This document shows positions 8,157-18,365 of a stretch of DNA of 61,994 nucleotides, piece after piece. The notes under the pieces are model-generated. The model searched no databases and had not been told where the DNA came from. It saw only the letters and a program-made list of their open reading frames with translations. The DNA comes from a virus. Its lineage: Duplodnaviria > Caudoviricetes. The stretch spans positions 1-61,994 of the IMG/VR virus record IMGVR_UViG_3300016476_000949, one strand, 5' to 3'. A program made the position numbers and the translations under genes. Every line of letters starts with the position of its first letter. Position 1 is the first letter of the stretch.

Positions 8157-10478
8157 ATGCCGCACGCAACCCTGAAATTGATGCCGGGCGTCGACCAGAA
8201 TCGAACGCTCGCCTTGAATGAGGCGGCTATTTCCGAGTCTCAATTCATCCGGTTTGTCGCCGACAAGCAGGGCCTCGGCCTCGTTCAGAAGCTTGGCGGA
8301 TGGGTGCGATTCTTCCCGACCAATATCGGGTCCATCGCCAGAGCCCTGTGGGCGTGGCAGGATACGAACGGCAACAGCCTGCTGGGGGTTGGCTCGCAGC
8401 CGCTGTCGGCAACCATTACGGCGCTTTCCAATCAGGTCATCAGCCTCGAAAATTACGTCACCATCACATATTCCGGCTCCGTCCAGTTCGACATCGGAAG
8501 CACCATCGTCGTCTCGGGCGTCACTCCGAGCGGTTATAATGGCTCCTACTCCCTGACTGGCGCGACCTACAATTCCGGAACGCAAACCGGAACGGTCGTC
8601 TTCAAGGCGACCAACAGCGGCCCCATGACTGTCGCCGGCTCCATTTACGCCGGCGACGGACTGTCTGTGATAGAAAACGGCTCCCGGCAAATCCTGACGC
8701 CGCGCACGACGACGGCGAACCCGGCCGTATCGGTTACCACCACGCTGGGCAGCGCCGACGTCACCATCTCGGCGACAGGATCCAACGTCTACAGCACAGA
8801 TTCCGTTTATATCGAGACGCAAATCAGTGTTGGCGGACTTGTCCTGTTCGGCATGTATCAGGCGACCTTTGTCGACGGCACGAACAACTTCCAGATCACC
8901 GCCCGCGACGCCTTGGGGGCGCCCAAGGCGGCGACCGCCAGCACAACCGGCGGTTCCGTTCCTGTATTCGGGTTCACGATTTCCCAGTCGGTTGTTACGG
9001 TCACGCTAAACAACCATGGATATTCCGTAGGAGATGAGTTTTCGATACTCGTCCCGGTGACGGCCGCCGGGGTTACTTTGTCCGGGAATTACACGGTCAT
9101 TTCGCTGGACTCGATTTCCCCGACCAATGTTTTTTCGATACAGGCAAGCAATACGGCCACGGCGACGACCACTGCCAGCATGAATAGCGGCAATGCGCGC
9201 TATGTTTACTATAAGACGCCCGGACAGACGCCTGCCTCGACGGGCTACGGCGTCGGCGGATATGGCGAGGGCGGCTACGGAACAGGCGTGGCTCCGGTCG
9301 TTTCCGTCGTCGGAAATCCAATCTACGCCACAGACTGGTCTCTGGATAACTGGGGCCGCATTTTCGTGGCAAGCCCTGCCGGCGGGTGCATCTATACGTG
9401 GGACCCGACGTCCGGGTCATTGCAGGCCTCCGTCATTCCCAACGCGCCAACCGTCAATGACGGAATATTTGTCGCCATGCCGCAGCGACAGATCATCGCA
9501 TGGGGGTCGACCTTCAATGGCGTTCAGGACCCCCTCCTGATCAGGTGGTCCGACGTCGACGATTACAATCAGTGGATCGCCCTTCCCGCCAATCAGGCGG
9601 GAAGCTACCGGATGCCAAAGGGCTCCAAGGTCGTCGGATGCATTCAGGGCCCCCAACAGGGTCTTGTCTGGACGGACCTTGCCTGCTGGGCCATGCAATA
9701 TGTCGGCGCCCCGGATGTCTATCAGCTCACCGAGATCGGCAATGGCTGCGGGCTTATTTCCCGCAAGGCGGCGACCTCGATGAACGGCGCGATCTACTGG
9801 ATGAGCCAGTCTCAATTCTTCCGTCTGGCAGGCTCCGGCGTCGAGCCAATTACGTGCCCCATCTGGGACGTCATCTTCCAAGACATCGACATGTCGAACT
9901 CCGACAAGATCCGCGTCGCGCCAAATTCGCGATTTGGGGAGGTTTCTTGGTTTTATCCGACGACGTCCAGCAATGGCGAGATTGCGAAATACGTCAAATA
10001 CAACATCAATCTCGATAAATGGGACTTTGGGTCTCTGAACAGGACGGCTTGGATCAATCAGTCTGTTCTTGGAGCCCCCATCGGGGCCGGCATCGCCGGA
10101 ACGCAGAATTACATATACCAGCACGAAATGTCGCCTGACGCCGACGGACAGCCGATGACATCGAGCTTCACGACCGGCTATTTCGCGATATCGGATGGCG
10201 AGTGGAAGACATTCGTCGATCAGGTTTGGCCCGACATGAAGTGGGGCTATTACGGCGGACAGCAGGACGCAGACCTGACGATTACGTTTTACGTAACGGA
10301 TTATCCGCATGAGACGCCGCGCGTATATGGTCCGTATCCGTTCAACAATCAGACGGATTTTCTGACGCCGAGATTTCGCGGGAGGCTTGTCTCCATCAAG
10401 ATGGAGAGTTCAGACCTCAATTCATTCTGGCGCATCGGTGCGACTCGATATCGCTTCTCTCAGGACGGCAAATTCTAA
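8157..10478 (+). CDS. tail nozzle / packaged-DNA stabilisation protein
   Basis: 773 aa beta-rich; WSLDNWG, DPLLIRWSD, RFRGRLVSIK motifs; two small beta inserts (NHGYSVGD). Confidence 0.65.
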   Translation: MPHATLKLMPGVDQNRTLALNEAAISESQFIRFVADKQGLGLVQKLGGWVRFFPTNIGSIARALWAWQDTNGNSLLGVGSQPLSATITALSNQVISLENYVTITYSGSVQFDIGSTIVVSGVTPSGYNGSYSLTGATYNSGTQTGTVVFKATNSGPMTVAGSIYAGDGLSVIENGSRQILTPRTTTANPAVSVTTTLGSADVTISATGSNVYSTDSVYIETQISVGGLVLFGMYQATFVDGTNNFQITARDALGAPKAATASTTGGSVPVFGFTISQSVVTVTLNNHGYSVGDEFSILVPVTAAGVTLSGNYTVISLDSISPTNVFSIQASNTATATTTASMNSGNARYVYYKTPGQTPASTGYGVGGYGEGGYGTGVAPVVSVVGNPIYATDWSLDNWGRIFVASPAGGCIYTWDPTSGSLQASVIPNAPTVNDGIFVAMPQRQIIAWGSTFNGVQDPLLIRWSDVDDYNQWIALPANQAGSYRMPKGSKVVGCIQGPQQGLVWTDLACWAMQYVGAPDVYQLTEIGNGCGLISRKAATSMNGAIYWMSQSQFFRLAGSGVEPITCPIWDVIFQDIDMSNSDKIRVAPNSRFGEVSWFYPTTSSNGEIAKYVKYNINLDKWDFGSLNRTAWINQSVLGAPIGAGIAGTQNYIYQHEMSPDADGQPMTSSFTTGYFAISDGEWKTFVDQVWPDMKWGYYGGQQDADLTITFYVTDYPHETPRVYGPYPFNNQTDFLTPRFRGRLVSIKMESSDLNSFWRIGATRYRFSQDGKF

Positions 10479-10843
10479 TGGCGACCCTCGACGATCTGCT
10501 TACCGCTCAAAAGAATGGCGTCGTCGCCATCAACAATCTCAATCAGACGTATCAGCAAGTTCTGGCGAAAATGCAGTATCTCGCCGGAAGCAAGACGTCG
10601 ATCAACATCTCGGCATCGACAACGGTTGTTTCATCAGGATCCGGCCGGCTCGTTAAAATATGCGTTGTCGCCGCCGGTTCGACGACAGGGACCGTTTACG
10701 TCGGCTCCATCGCTGCGGCAAACGCCATTTACACCATCCAGAACACTGTCGGGTCATACGACGTCGGGGCGCAATTTTCTGGAGCTCTGATCATTGTCCC
10801 CGGGACCGGCCAGACGGTCAGCGCAACCTATTCACAGGACTGA
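10478..10843 (+). CDS. small structural protein
   Basis: TAATG coupling, beta-rich, 121 aa. Confidence 0.55.
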   Translation: MATLDDLLTAQKNGVVAINNLNQTYQQVLAKMQYLAGSKTSINISASTTVVSSGSGRLVKICVVAAGSTTGTVYVGSIAAANAIYTIQNTVGSYDVGAQFSGALIIVPGTGQTVSATYSQD

Positions 10844-10847
10844 CGAC

Positions 10848-11222
10848 ATGGCGGAAGACGCAGAAAAGATCCATGTCGGCCCGATACACAGCGCAGTCGC
10901 TGGACGCACGGACCATCTCCCCATGCATGTCCCCTCGGGGGCATACGTCATACCGGCCGACATCGTTTCGGCCCTCGGCGAAGGCAACACGATGGCGGGC
11001 TTCGAGGTCCTTAACGACATGTTCGGGATCCAGCGCGTCGCCGACGAGCCGGCCGCAGAAATCGTCGCTGCCGGCGGAGAATATGTGATTGCTCCGTCCT
11101 CGATCTCTCGTATGTGGGGCGACATGGACGCCGGTCATCAGGCGCTGGACGGATTTGTCGAAAAATACCGAGCTCAAACGGTCAAGGCGCTCAAGAAGCT
11201 GCCGGGCCCGCACAAGGGCTGA
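10848..11222 (+). CDS. free-standing domain resembling the GE-x-V module that follows FAxGG in tape-measure C-termini
   Basis: GRTDHLPMHVPSGAYVIPADIVSALG and a second half-repeat AAGGEYVIAP. Confidence 0.5.
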   Translation: MAEDAEKIHVGPIHSAVAGRTDHLPMHVPSGAYVIPADIVSALGEGNTMAGFEVLNDMFGIQRVADEPAAEIVAAGGEYVIAPSSISRMWGDMDAGHQALDGFVEKYRAQTVKALKKLPGPHKG

Positions 11223-11240
11223 TGAAGAAGGAGAAGGGGC

Positions 11241-11729
11241 ATGGACGAAATCAAGGTGAGGGTTGGCACGCCGGAGGACCTACCCGGGTGCATGGACCTT
11301 TTCATTCAGGCGAATGAAGAAAACGGCATCGACGAGATGGACGCCCAGAAGCTTCTGGGCATCGTCTGGCCCTCACTTCATCAGGACGGCGGCCTTGTCG
11401 GGATAATTGGCGAGCCCGGCGAAAGGCCCGAGGGGGTCGTTCTACTGCGCATCGAGCAGCTATGGTATAGTAATGCTCCGGTAATCGCCGAGAAGCTGGT
11501 TTTTGTGCATCAGGACTATAGAAGCGCAAAAGGCGGCAGGGCCAAGAAATTGTGCGAGTTCAGCAAGAGGGTTTCCGATGAGATGGGGATCCCCTTGATC
11601 ATTGGCGTTGTTTCGACCGACCGAACGAAGGGCAAGGTCCGTCTTTATGAACGAGTTTTCGGCAATCCCGCTGGAGCCTTCTTCCTATACGGAGCGAAGA
11701 CTGGCGCGCTGAAAGACAACGCGGCGTAA
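11241..11729 (+). CDS. GNAT-like acetyltransferase-fold protein
   Basis: EKLVFVHQDYRS...AKKLCEF...LYER pattern; position before the ejection proteins. Confidence 0.55.
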   Translation: MDEIKVRVGTPEDLPGCMDLFIQANEENGIDEMDAQKLLGIVWPSLHQDGGLVGIIGEPGERPEGVVLLRIEQLWYSNAPVIAEKLVFVHQDYRSAKGGRAKKLCEFSKRVSDEMGIPLIIGVVSTDRTKGKVRLYERVFGNPAGAFFLYGAKTGALKDNAA

Positions 11730-11745
11730 GGCCGGGAGATAGGAT

Positions 11746-14700
11746 ATGTGCTCATTCGGGTCTAGCAACGCGTCGGCTCCGACGACCCAGTTTTCCACGC
11801 AGACGACGAGCGCCTCTCCTCAGGCGCAAGCCATGTATAATTCTGCGTGGGCCAACGCTCAGAAGGTCTCCCAGCGGCCCTTCCAGCCATACAGCTACGA
11901 CCCGAATGCATTCGTCGCGCCGATGAATCCGGTGCAGATGCAGGGCGTCAACAACATCGCCAGCTATCAGGGCGGCGCTGACCCATTTTACCAGATGGGC
12001 GCGAACATGGCCGGCTATGCCGGCAACACCGCCGCCCCGCAGGTGCTTGGCCAATACACCAACCCCTACATGTCTCAGGTCGTCGACCCGACCCGGGCGG
12101 CGATTGAGCAGCAGCAGGCGTTCCAGCGTCAGGCGCTGGACTCAAATCAGATCAAGTCAGGTTCGTTCGGTCAGGAGCGCGGCCAGCTGATGCGCGCCGT
12201 TCTGGCTGGCCAGCAGAATCTGGGCCTTGGTCAGGCGCTTTCGCCGCTCTATCAAGACGCCTACAAGACCGGTCTGGGAGCGGCTCAGACCGACCTTCAG
12301 CGTCAAGCGCAGACAGCGCAGATAATGGGCGGCCTCGGTCAGGGGTATGTGCAGAGCGGCCTTGGCGGCGCTCAGGCGCTTCTTGGGGCCGGCACCATCG
12401 GTCAGCAGACGCAGCAGGCCGGCCTTCAGGCGCTATACAACCAGTATATGCTCCAGCAGCAATATCCGTTCATGGCGGCGCAGTTTCTGTCTGGAACGGC
12501 GGCGAGCCTCGGGCCGGGATACGGAGGCACGACCAGCGGCTACCAGAGCTCGATGCAGCCGCTCTCGTTCTTCGGCAACGCGCTTTCAGACCCCCATCTC
12601 AAGGTCGGCGCCGAGGGCGAGGAGCCAGAGGTCATTGGCCAGACCCACGACGGTCAGGACATTTACCGATATCGCGTCATCAATCCAGACACCGGCGAGC
12701 CTGGGCCGGTTCAGATCGGCCTCATGGCCGATGAGGTCGAGCAGCGCCGTCCCGACGCCATTGGCGACTACAAGGGCTATCAGACTGTCGATTACGCCAA
12801 GGCGACGGACAACGCTGCCCGGCTCGGTGGCGGTGTGCGTCCGGAAGGCGGCGATTACGCCGACGGCGGATCTGTCGATGACATCGTGCGCTCTCATGGC
12901 GCGATGTATGCCGCCTTGGCCAACCCTCCGTCCGGGATTGTCCCTCAGATTCAGCTGCCGTCGGCGCGCCTTGAGCAGGGCCACCTGTCTTTCTCTTCTC
13001 AACCTCAGGAGAAGAAGGACAGCTTCATGCACACGCTCGGCGATACGGCAAACATGCTGCTCAGCCTCTACAACAAGGCCGGTGAAGCAAAGAAAACATA
13101 CGACAATTGGGGTAAAAACGCCGCCGGCGGCTCCGTTTATGGCGACGACCAGAACGACAAGCCCTTCGAGCTTGGCCAGCTGCCCGTCGCGCATCTCGAT
13201 GCGCCAAAGTTGAGCTTTGCGTCGGACAGGAGGGACGAGGGCGATAGCGGCGGCCTTGGCTCGACGCTGAAGAGCGCCGCCGGCATTGCTGGCTCCCTGA
13301 AGACCCTGTGGGACATTGGCAGCACGGTCGGGCCGGCGCTTATGGCCCTTTCCGATAGAAGCCTGAAGACCGGCGTGCGCCCGGGACGCGCCGATGGCGG
13401 CGGGGTCTTCGACGACTTCGTCAATGCGCTTTCTGGCCACGGCTACATCGACGGTTCGACTTGGGAGCGAGAGGCCGGAGAACCAATGGACATCCGGCCA
13501 TCTGTTCATTTTGAGGAGGGCGTAGCTCCTCGCGCCGCTCGCCGTGCGCCGCGTCATGAGATTGCCGCCGCCCCGCCAGCGGAAGCCAAATTCAATTACG
13601 CCTCTCGCGGTCTTGGCGCTGCGGCGCTGCCGTCGGGTCGCTTTACGCCGTTTCGATACGAGGGGCAGTATGGCCCGGTTGTCGGGTTCCGCGACGCCAA
13701 TACATTCGGCCACACGCCAATCCTGTCTGACAAGGGCTTTGCCAGTTACGACCGCGACCCCGACACGAACGACGTCATCGACCCGCATGGGTACGAATGG
13801 GCGAGGCTCCGCGAGGCCGGTGACGCCAATCGCCCGCTTGGCCCGGGTATCGCAGGTTTTGCTGACGGCGGAGCTAAATACAGCGACGAGGACCTCGACT
13901 ATCTGGCGCGGACATTGGTTCGCGAGGCCGGCGGCGAAGGCGAGCGCGGCATGGAGGCGGTCGGCCACGTGATCCGCAACCGGCTCAATTCCGGAAAATA
14001 CGGCTCCAGCGTCAAGGACGTCGTGACGTCGAAAAACCAATTTGAGCCGTGGAACGAGAGCATGCGCGGCACGAAGGCGGACCCTCGCCTCGTCGACGCC
14101 GGCAGCGACATCTACAACCGCGCCATCGGCGTCGGTCGTCGCGTCATGGATGGGGCCGACGACATCACCGGCGGCGCGATGAATTTCTACAACCCGAAGG
14201 TTGTGAACCCCAAGTGGGCGGCCGGCAAGGAAGGCCTCGACATCGGCAATCATCGCTTCCTCGACGCCAGCGGCTCGCCCGGCGCCGGCGTCGTCCCGTC
14301 GGCCTACGCCGCCAAGGAAGGCCGGCCGGCAAGCGACGCCATCGATGCAATTACGTCTGCGACCTCCGGAAAAGGCGTTAAGCCAGCGCCCGCAGCGGAC
14401 GATTCGTCGCCGGCGCGCGGCATCACCGGGTTCCTGCGTGGCGCGCCGGCGAAGGACGTGGGCGAGAAGGCTGGCGACTTCCTGACCAGCGAGCGCTTTC
14501 TTGTCCCGCTTCTGGCTGGTCTTGGCGGCATGGCGTCCTCCAACAGCCGCTTCCTCGCCCCGGCCATTCTTCAGGGCCTTGGCGCTGGCGCGCAGGCCTA
14601 CATGCAGGTTCCGAAGATCGAGGCGGAGACGGCGCTCACGCAGGCCGAGGCTAGGAACAAGAACACGCTCAACGACAAGTTTGCCGCCGAGGCGGCAGGC

Positions 14701-15714
14701 GCCCAGATGGACAATTTCTTCAAGTCCTTCATGAAGTCGCCATACGGCAACTTCGTCTTCCTGAAGGACGGCACGCCGCTGACGCAGGCCGAATACATGA
14801 AGCAGGCTCGCAGCGGCTCGCCGCCCGAGCTGCTCGGTTCCGTTCCCACCAACGGCTTGGACATCATCAAGAAAGGCGTCGAGACGGCTGGCGGAAAGCC
14901 GGCTGCGGTCGAGGAAAAACCGGCCACGCCGGCGGGCTCGGTCCCGTCCGGGGTTTACGACGAGAATTCCTCGAAAATGGCTCGCAAGGAGGCGGACCTT
15001 GCAATCAATGGCGGCATAAACGCCGAGCAGGCGGCCAAAACGACGGAGGATTACCGCAACTACGTGACCAAGGAGGTCACAGATGCTCGCGAAAATTCAC
15101 CGTATCTGAAGGAGCTGTCGACGACGCTTGCCGACGCCTATGCTCAGGACGGGTGGAATACACCCGGCTTTCAAGCGAATCTTCGCTCAGAGCTCAGCAA
15201 TCTGGTCAACACGCTCTATCGCTCGGCCGGCGGCACGGAAGACCTGTCTTCACTGAAGAGTAACACCGACAAGATCAACAAGATCTCTCAGCTTCTTGCG
15301 GAAAAGCGGGGCTCCGCCGCCGGGCAGCACGCATACGCAGCGTTGGCGGCAATCAAGTCGTCTGTTCCGAATCTTGAGATGAGCCCGGAGGCCGGCGCAG
15401 ATCTCGCGGCGCAGCTCATGGCGCTTCAGCAGCGCGCCGTCGACCGGGAAACGCACTATCGTCGCTATGTCGACGAGAGCAACGGTTTTGCCCGCGACGC
15501 AGGCGCAGATTTCAATGATCCAAAGCGCGCGAGCCGATATCAGAAAGAGCAGAAGGTTCTGAAAGACCTGATGCTGCATGAGCCGCAGGTTCTTAAAAAG
15601 ATGATGGCTGGCTCCGTTTCTCCGGAGCAGATACAGGCGGCAATCGTCAAGATCTATGGCAAAAAGGCTCCGTCTGAGATGTGGCGCTATTTTGCTCCCT
15701 CCGGAAATGGGTGA
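11746..15714 (+). CDS. DNA ejection/internal virion protein with peptidase S74-like auto-processing domain and SleB-like cell wall hydrolase
   Basis: Gln-rich N-terminus with NPY motif; SDPHLK...IYRYR...GLMADEVE...VDY (S74-like, about 12586-12810); LARTLVREAGGE...VGHVIRNR...QFEPW...DITGGAMNFYNP...IGNHRF (Hydrolase_2, about 13880-14260). Confidence 0.8.
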   Translation: MCSFGSSNASAPTTQFSTQTTSASPQAQAMYNSAWANAQKVSQRPFQPYSYDPNAFVAPMNPVQMQGVNNIASYQGGADPFYQMGANMAGYAGNTAAPQVLGQYTNPYMSQVVDPTRAAIEQQQAFQRQALDSNQIKSGSFGQERGQLMRAVLAGQQNLGLGQALSPLYQDAYKTGLGAAQTDLQRQAQTAQIMGGLGQGYVQSGLGGAQALLGAGTIGQQTQQAGLQALYNQYMLQQQYPFMAAQFLSGTAASLGPGYGGTTSGYQSSMQPLSFFGNALSDPHLKVGAEGEEPEVIGQTHDGQDIYRYRVINPDTGEPGPVQIGLMADEVEQRRPDAIGDYKGYQTVDYAKATDNAARLGGGVRPEGGDYADGGSVDDIVRSHGAMYAALANPPSGIVPQIQLPSARLEQGHLSFSSQPQEKKDSFMHTLGDTANMLLSLYNKAGEAKKTYDNWGKNAAGGSVYGDDQNDKPFELGQLPVAHLDAPKLSFASDRRDEGDSGGLGSTLKSAAGIAGSLKTLWDIGSTVGPALMALSDRSLKTGVRPGRADGGGVFDDFVNALSGHGYIDGSTWEREAGEPMDIRPSVHFEEGVAPRAARRAPRHEIAAAPPAEAKFNYASRGLGAAALPSGRFTPFRYEGQYGPVVGFRDANTFGHTPILSDKGFASYDRDPDTNDVIDPHGYEWARLREAGDANRPLGPGIAGFADGGAKYSDEDLDYLARTLVREAGGEGERGMEAVGHVIRNRLNSGKYGSSVKDVVTSKNQFEPWNESMRGTKADPRLVDAGSDIYNRAIGVGRRVMDGADDITGGAMNFYNPKVVNPKWAAGKEGLDIGNHRFLDASGSPGAGVVPSAYAAKEGRPASDAIDAITSATSGKGVKPAPAADDSSPARGITGFLRGAPAKDVGEKAGDFLTSERFLVPLLAGLGGMASSNSRFLAPAILQGLGAGAQAYMQVPKIEAETALTQAEARNKNTLNDKFAAEAAGAQMDNFFKSFMKSPYGNFVFLKDGTPLTQAEYMKQARSGSPPELLGSVPTNGLDIIKKGVETAGGKPAAVEEKPATPAGSVPSGVYDENSSKMARKEADLAINGGINAEQAAKTTEDYRNYVTKEVTDARENSPYLKELSTTLADAYAQDGWNTPGFQANLRSELSNLVNTLYRSAGGTEDLSSLKSNTDKINKISQLLAEKRGSAAGQHAYAALAAIKSSVPNLEMSPEAGADLAAQLMALQQRAVDRETHYRRYVDESNGFARDAGADFNDPKRASRYQKEQKVLKDLMLHEPQVLKKMMAGSVSPEQIQAAIVKIYGKKAPSEMWRYFAPSGNG

Positions 15715-15719
15715 TCGGC

Positions 15720-17552
15720 ATGGAAAAAGACCCCTTTGGAAATCTTTCCGACCGCTCTCACATCTTCGAAGACGAGGATGGTGACCCTTTTGCGGGCCTG
15801 TATTCACTTCCGGCTCACAACGCCCCCATGCCACCGCGCAGGCCGGCGGACATTGCCCCCAAGGCCGCAACCACAACTGATGCGGCCACAGCGGGTATGA
15901 GGTGGTCTGACGTACCAAAGGAGGCCCTCAGGAACGCGTGGCCGAGCGCCGTGAATGCCGCCGAGGGCATGGTTTCGCCGATCCTTCACCCTCAGGACAC
16001 GTGGGAGGCGGTCAAGGGGCTTGGGAAGGGGCTCGTATCCAAGGGAAAGGGCGCGCTCGGATATGAGCGCAACCCCGAAGACGAGAAGACCGTCGACGCC
16101 CTGAAGCAACTTTACGTCGACCGCTACGGCTCGGAAGAGGGCTGGAAGAATTCCATCGCAAAAGACCCTTTTGGCGTCGCCGCCGACGTGTCTTCGCTTG
16201 TCGGTGGCGGTGGTGCGGCCATTGCGCGCCTGCCGGGCAAGGCAGGGAAGTTGGGAAGCGCCATAGAAACAGTTGGGAGGGCGGCAAATCCATTCAACGC
16301 AGCGGCAACGGTGGCGGCCCCGGCCATGCTACCTGCGCAGGCGCTCTTGAACGTCCCTCTCTCGATCAAAAGCGGTGCGCCACTGGCGTCCCTCAACCGC
16401 GCCATGAAGGCGGGCTTCAGGGGAAGTGACGCATTCCTCGACCAGCTTTCCGGTGGCGATCCGGCCCAGATCGTCAACAAGGCGCATGCCGCCGTCTCGA
16501 AGATCGCCGAAAAACGCCGCGCCGATTATCTCTCCGGGATGGCAGGAGTCGCCACAGGGACGACGCCAATCGATTATACCGACATCAACAATGCGCTCAG
16601 GGACGCCTTGAAAGACGTCACTCATGGCAGCAAAACCTACAAGCGCGAAGCCGGCGATATGCTCAGGGAGCTCTCAAACGAGATCCTTGGATGGCAGCGC
16701 ATGCCGAATACGCCGACGGTCAATTATCACAATGTCGAGGGTGTCGATAAACTCAAGCAGCTGGTTGGCGAGATCAGATCAAACGCCAAGCCCGGCTCGC
16801 CGGCGGACGCCGTCGCCACCAAGATCTACAATTCCATCCGCGACACTCTCGGCAAGCATGACCCAAATTACCTGAAGGTCATGGAGAATTACGGCGACCT
16901 GAGCGACCAGCTCAAGCAGCTCAAGGTAACCCTGTCGGTCAATCCAAAGGCGTCGGTAGACACGACTCTTCGAAAGATCCTGCTTGGCGACAAGCAGAAG
17001 GACGGGTCAAAGGGAAAGCTCTTGAGCCAGCTCGCGAAAGAAGACCCTGAGATTGCAAACATGGTCGCCGGCCATCTCCTGAGCTCATGGGTGCCAACCG
17101 GTCTTACCGGAACAATCGGCGCGGCGCTGTCTGCCGCCCATGGATACGGAGCATACTCTGGCGCACTCGGTCCATATGGCGCGATTGCCGGCGCTCTTGC
17201 CTCGTCGCCGCGACTTGTCGGCGCGCTCAACTATGGAGTTGGCAATATGGCTCACCCCGGCGGCGGTCTTCCGGTGCTGGCTACGGCCCCACTCAATTTG
17301 CTGAACTCTGCAAAAGAGCCGCCCGCGCCTCGCGCTTCAGAGGAGCGTCCCTATTTCGGCGACGACGTAGAGCCGGCGCGCCCGGGGCGCGCCACGGGTG
17401 GTCGCACTGGCGGACCCAGTCCGGAGCGCCTGATTACGATGGCGAACGCTTCACGGAGGAAAATACAGGCGCGCTCCAAGGAAATCCTGAAACAGCCTGA
17501 CGAGCATGTCGTACGTGCGCTGAAAGCCGTAAACCAAGAAATGCAGGGGTAA
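15720..17552 (+). CDS. internal virion / ejection protein
   Basis: About 610 aa, helical, Gly/Ala-rich hydrophobic C-terminal region with SSPRLVG motif; follows the ejection protein. Confidence 0.6.
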   Translation: MEKDPFGNLSDRSHIFEDEDGDPFAGLYSLPAHNAPMPPRRPADIAPKAATTTDAATAGMRWSDVPKEALRNAWPSAVNAAEGMVSPILHPQDTWEAVKGLGKGLVSKGKGALGYERNPEDEKTVDALKQLYVDRYGSEEGWKNSIAKDPFGVAADVSSLVGGGGAAIARLPGKAGKLGSAIETVGRAANPFNAAATVAAPAMLPAQALLNVPLSIKSGAPLASLNRAMKAGFRGSDAFLDQLSGGDPAQIVNKAHAAVSKIAEKRRADYLSGMAGVATGTTPIDYTDINNALRDALKDVTHGSKTYKREAGDMLRELSNEILGWQRMPNTPTVNYHNVEGVDKLKQLVGEIRSNAKPGSPADAVATKIYNSIRDTLGKHDPNYLKVMENYGDLSDQLKQLKVTLSVNPKASVDTTLRKILLGDKQKDGSKGKLLSQLAKEDPEIANMVAGHLLSSWVPTGLTGTIGAALSAAHGYGAYSGALGPYGAIAGALASSPRLVGALNYGVGNMAHPGGGLPVLATAPLNLLNSAKEPPAPRASEERPYFGDDVEPARPGRATGGRTGGPSPERLITMANASRRKIQARSKEILKQPDEHVVRALKAVNQEMQG

Positions 17553-17555
17553 GAG

Positions 17556-18365
17556 ATGGTCGCCGTATCGAAGGCAAATTTGCAGCAGCCGACCTACACC
17601 AGCACAAGCTGGAACACGCCGCTCAACTCCAATTTCGGAATCATCACAAACGCCCTCGGTTCGGTAACCGGCGTCTCGGTGACCACGACAGATTATGCGA
17701 TGTCGACGGCGGAGGCGCAGTCTGCGGTCATATCCGTCAGCGGCACGCTAACCGGGGCGCGCTCACTTCTGTTGCCGGTCAACGTCTCCGGGACGTGGAT
17801 CATCCTCAACAACACATCGTCGAATACGCTGTCGGTTTATTCCAACAACGGGTCGGGCGCGGCCGCCGGCGTCGGCGTATCTCCGCCGACCGGATACGCC
17901 TACACAATCTGGAGCGACGGGACCAACGTCTACTACGGAGAAAGTAACGCGGTTCGTAAGAGCGGCGACACGATGGTCGGAGCGCTAGCGCTCCCATCAA
18001 ACGGCCTGAATGTCGGCTCCGGGCAGCTTCAGGTCTCAGGCGGAAACGTCACGACGACGGGCCAGTTCACCGCCTCCAACAACGTCACCGCCTATTCCGA
18101 CGCCCGCCTGAAGGAGGCCATCTCGCCGATCAGCTCGGCGCTGGAGAAGGTCTTGGCGATGCGCGGTGTCACCTTCAGTTATATCGACACCGGAGCGCGC
18201 GGGGCCGGCGTCATCGCGCAGGAAGTCCAGAAGGCGCTTCCTGAGGTCGTCTACGAGGACGAGGATGGATACCTGCATGTGGCATACGGCAACATGGTCT
18301 CCGTCCTGATCGAAGCGATCAAGGAGCTTTCCATCAAGGTCGAGTCGCTGGAGAACAGAAAATGA
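17556..18365 (+). CDS. tail fibre with C-terminal intramolecular chaperone (peptidase S74)
   Basis: KSGDTMVG, TAYSDARLKE...GVIAQEV...VAYGNMV...EAIKEL. Confidence 0.85.
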   Translation: MVAVSKANLQQPTYTSTSWNTPLNSNFGIITNALGSVTGVSVTTTDYAMSTAEAQSAVISVSGTLTGARSLLLPVNVSGTWIILNNTSSNTLSVYSNNGSGAAAGVGVSPPTGYAYTIWSDGTNVYYGESNAVRKSGDTMVGALALPSNGLNVGSGQLQVSGGNVTTTGQFTASNNVTAYSDARLKEAISPISSALEKVLAMRGVTFSYIDTGARGAGVIAQEVQKALPEVVYEDEDGYLHVAYGNMVSVLIEAIKELSIKVESLENRK

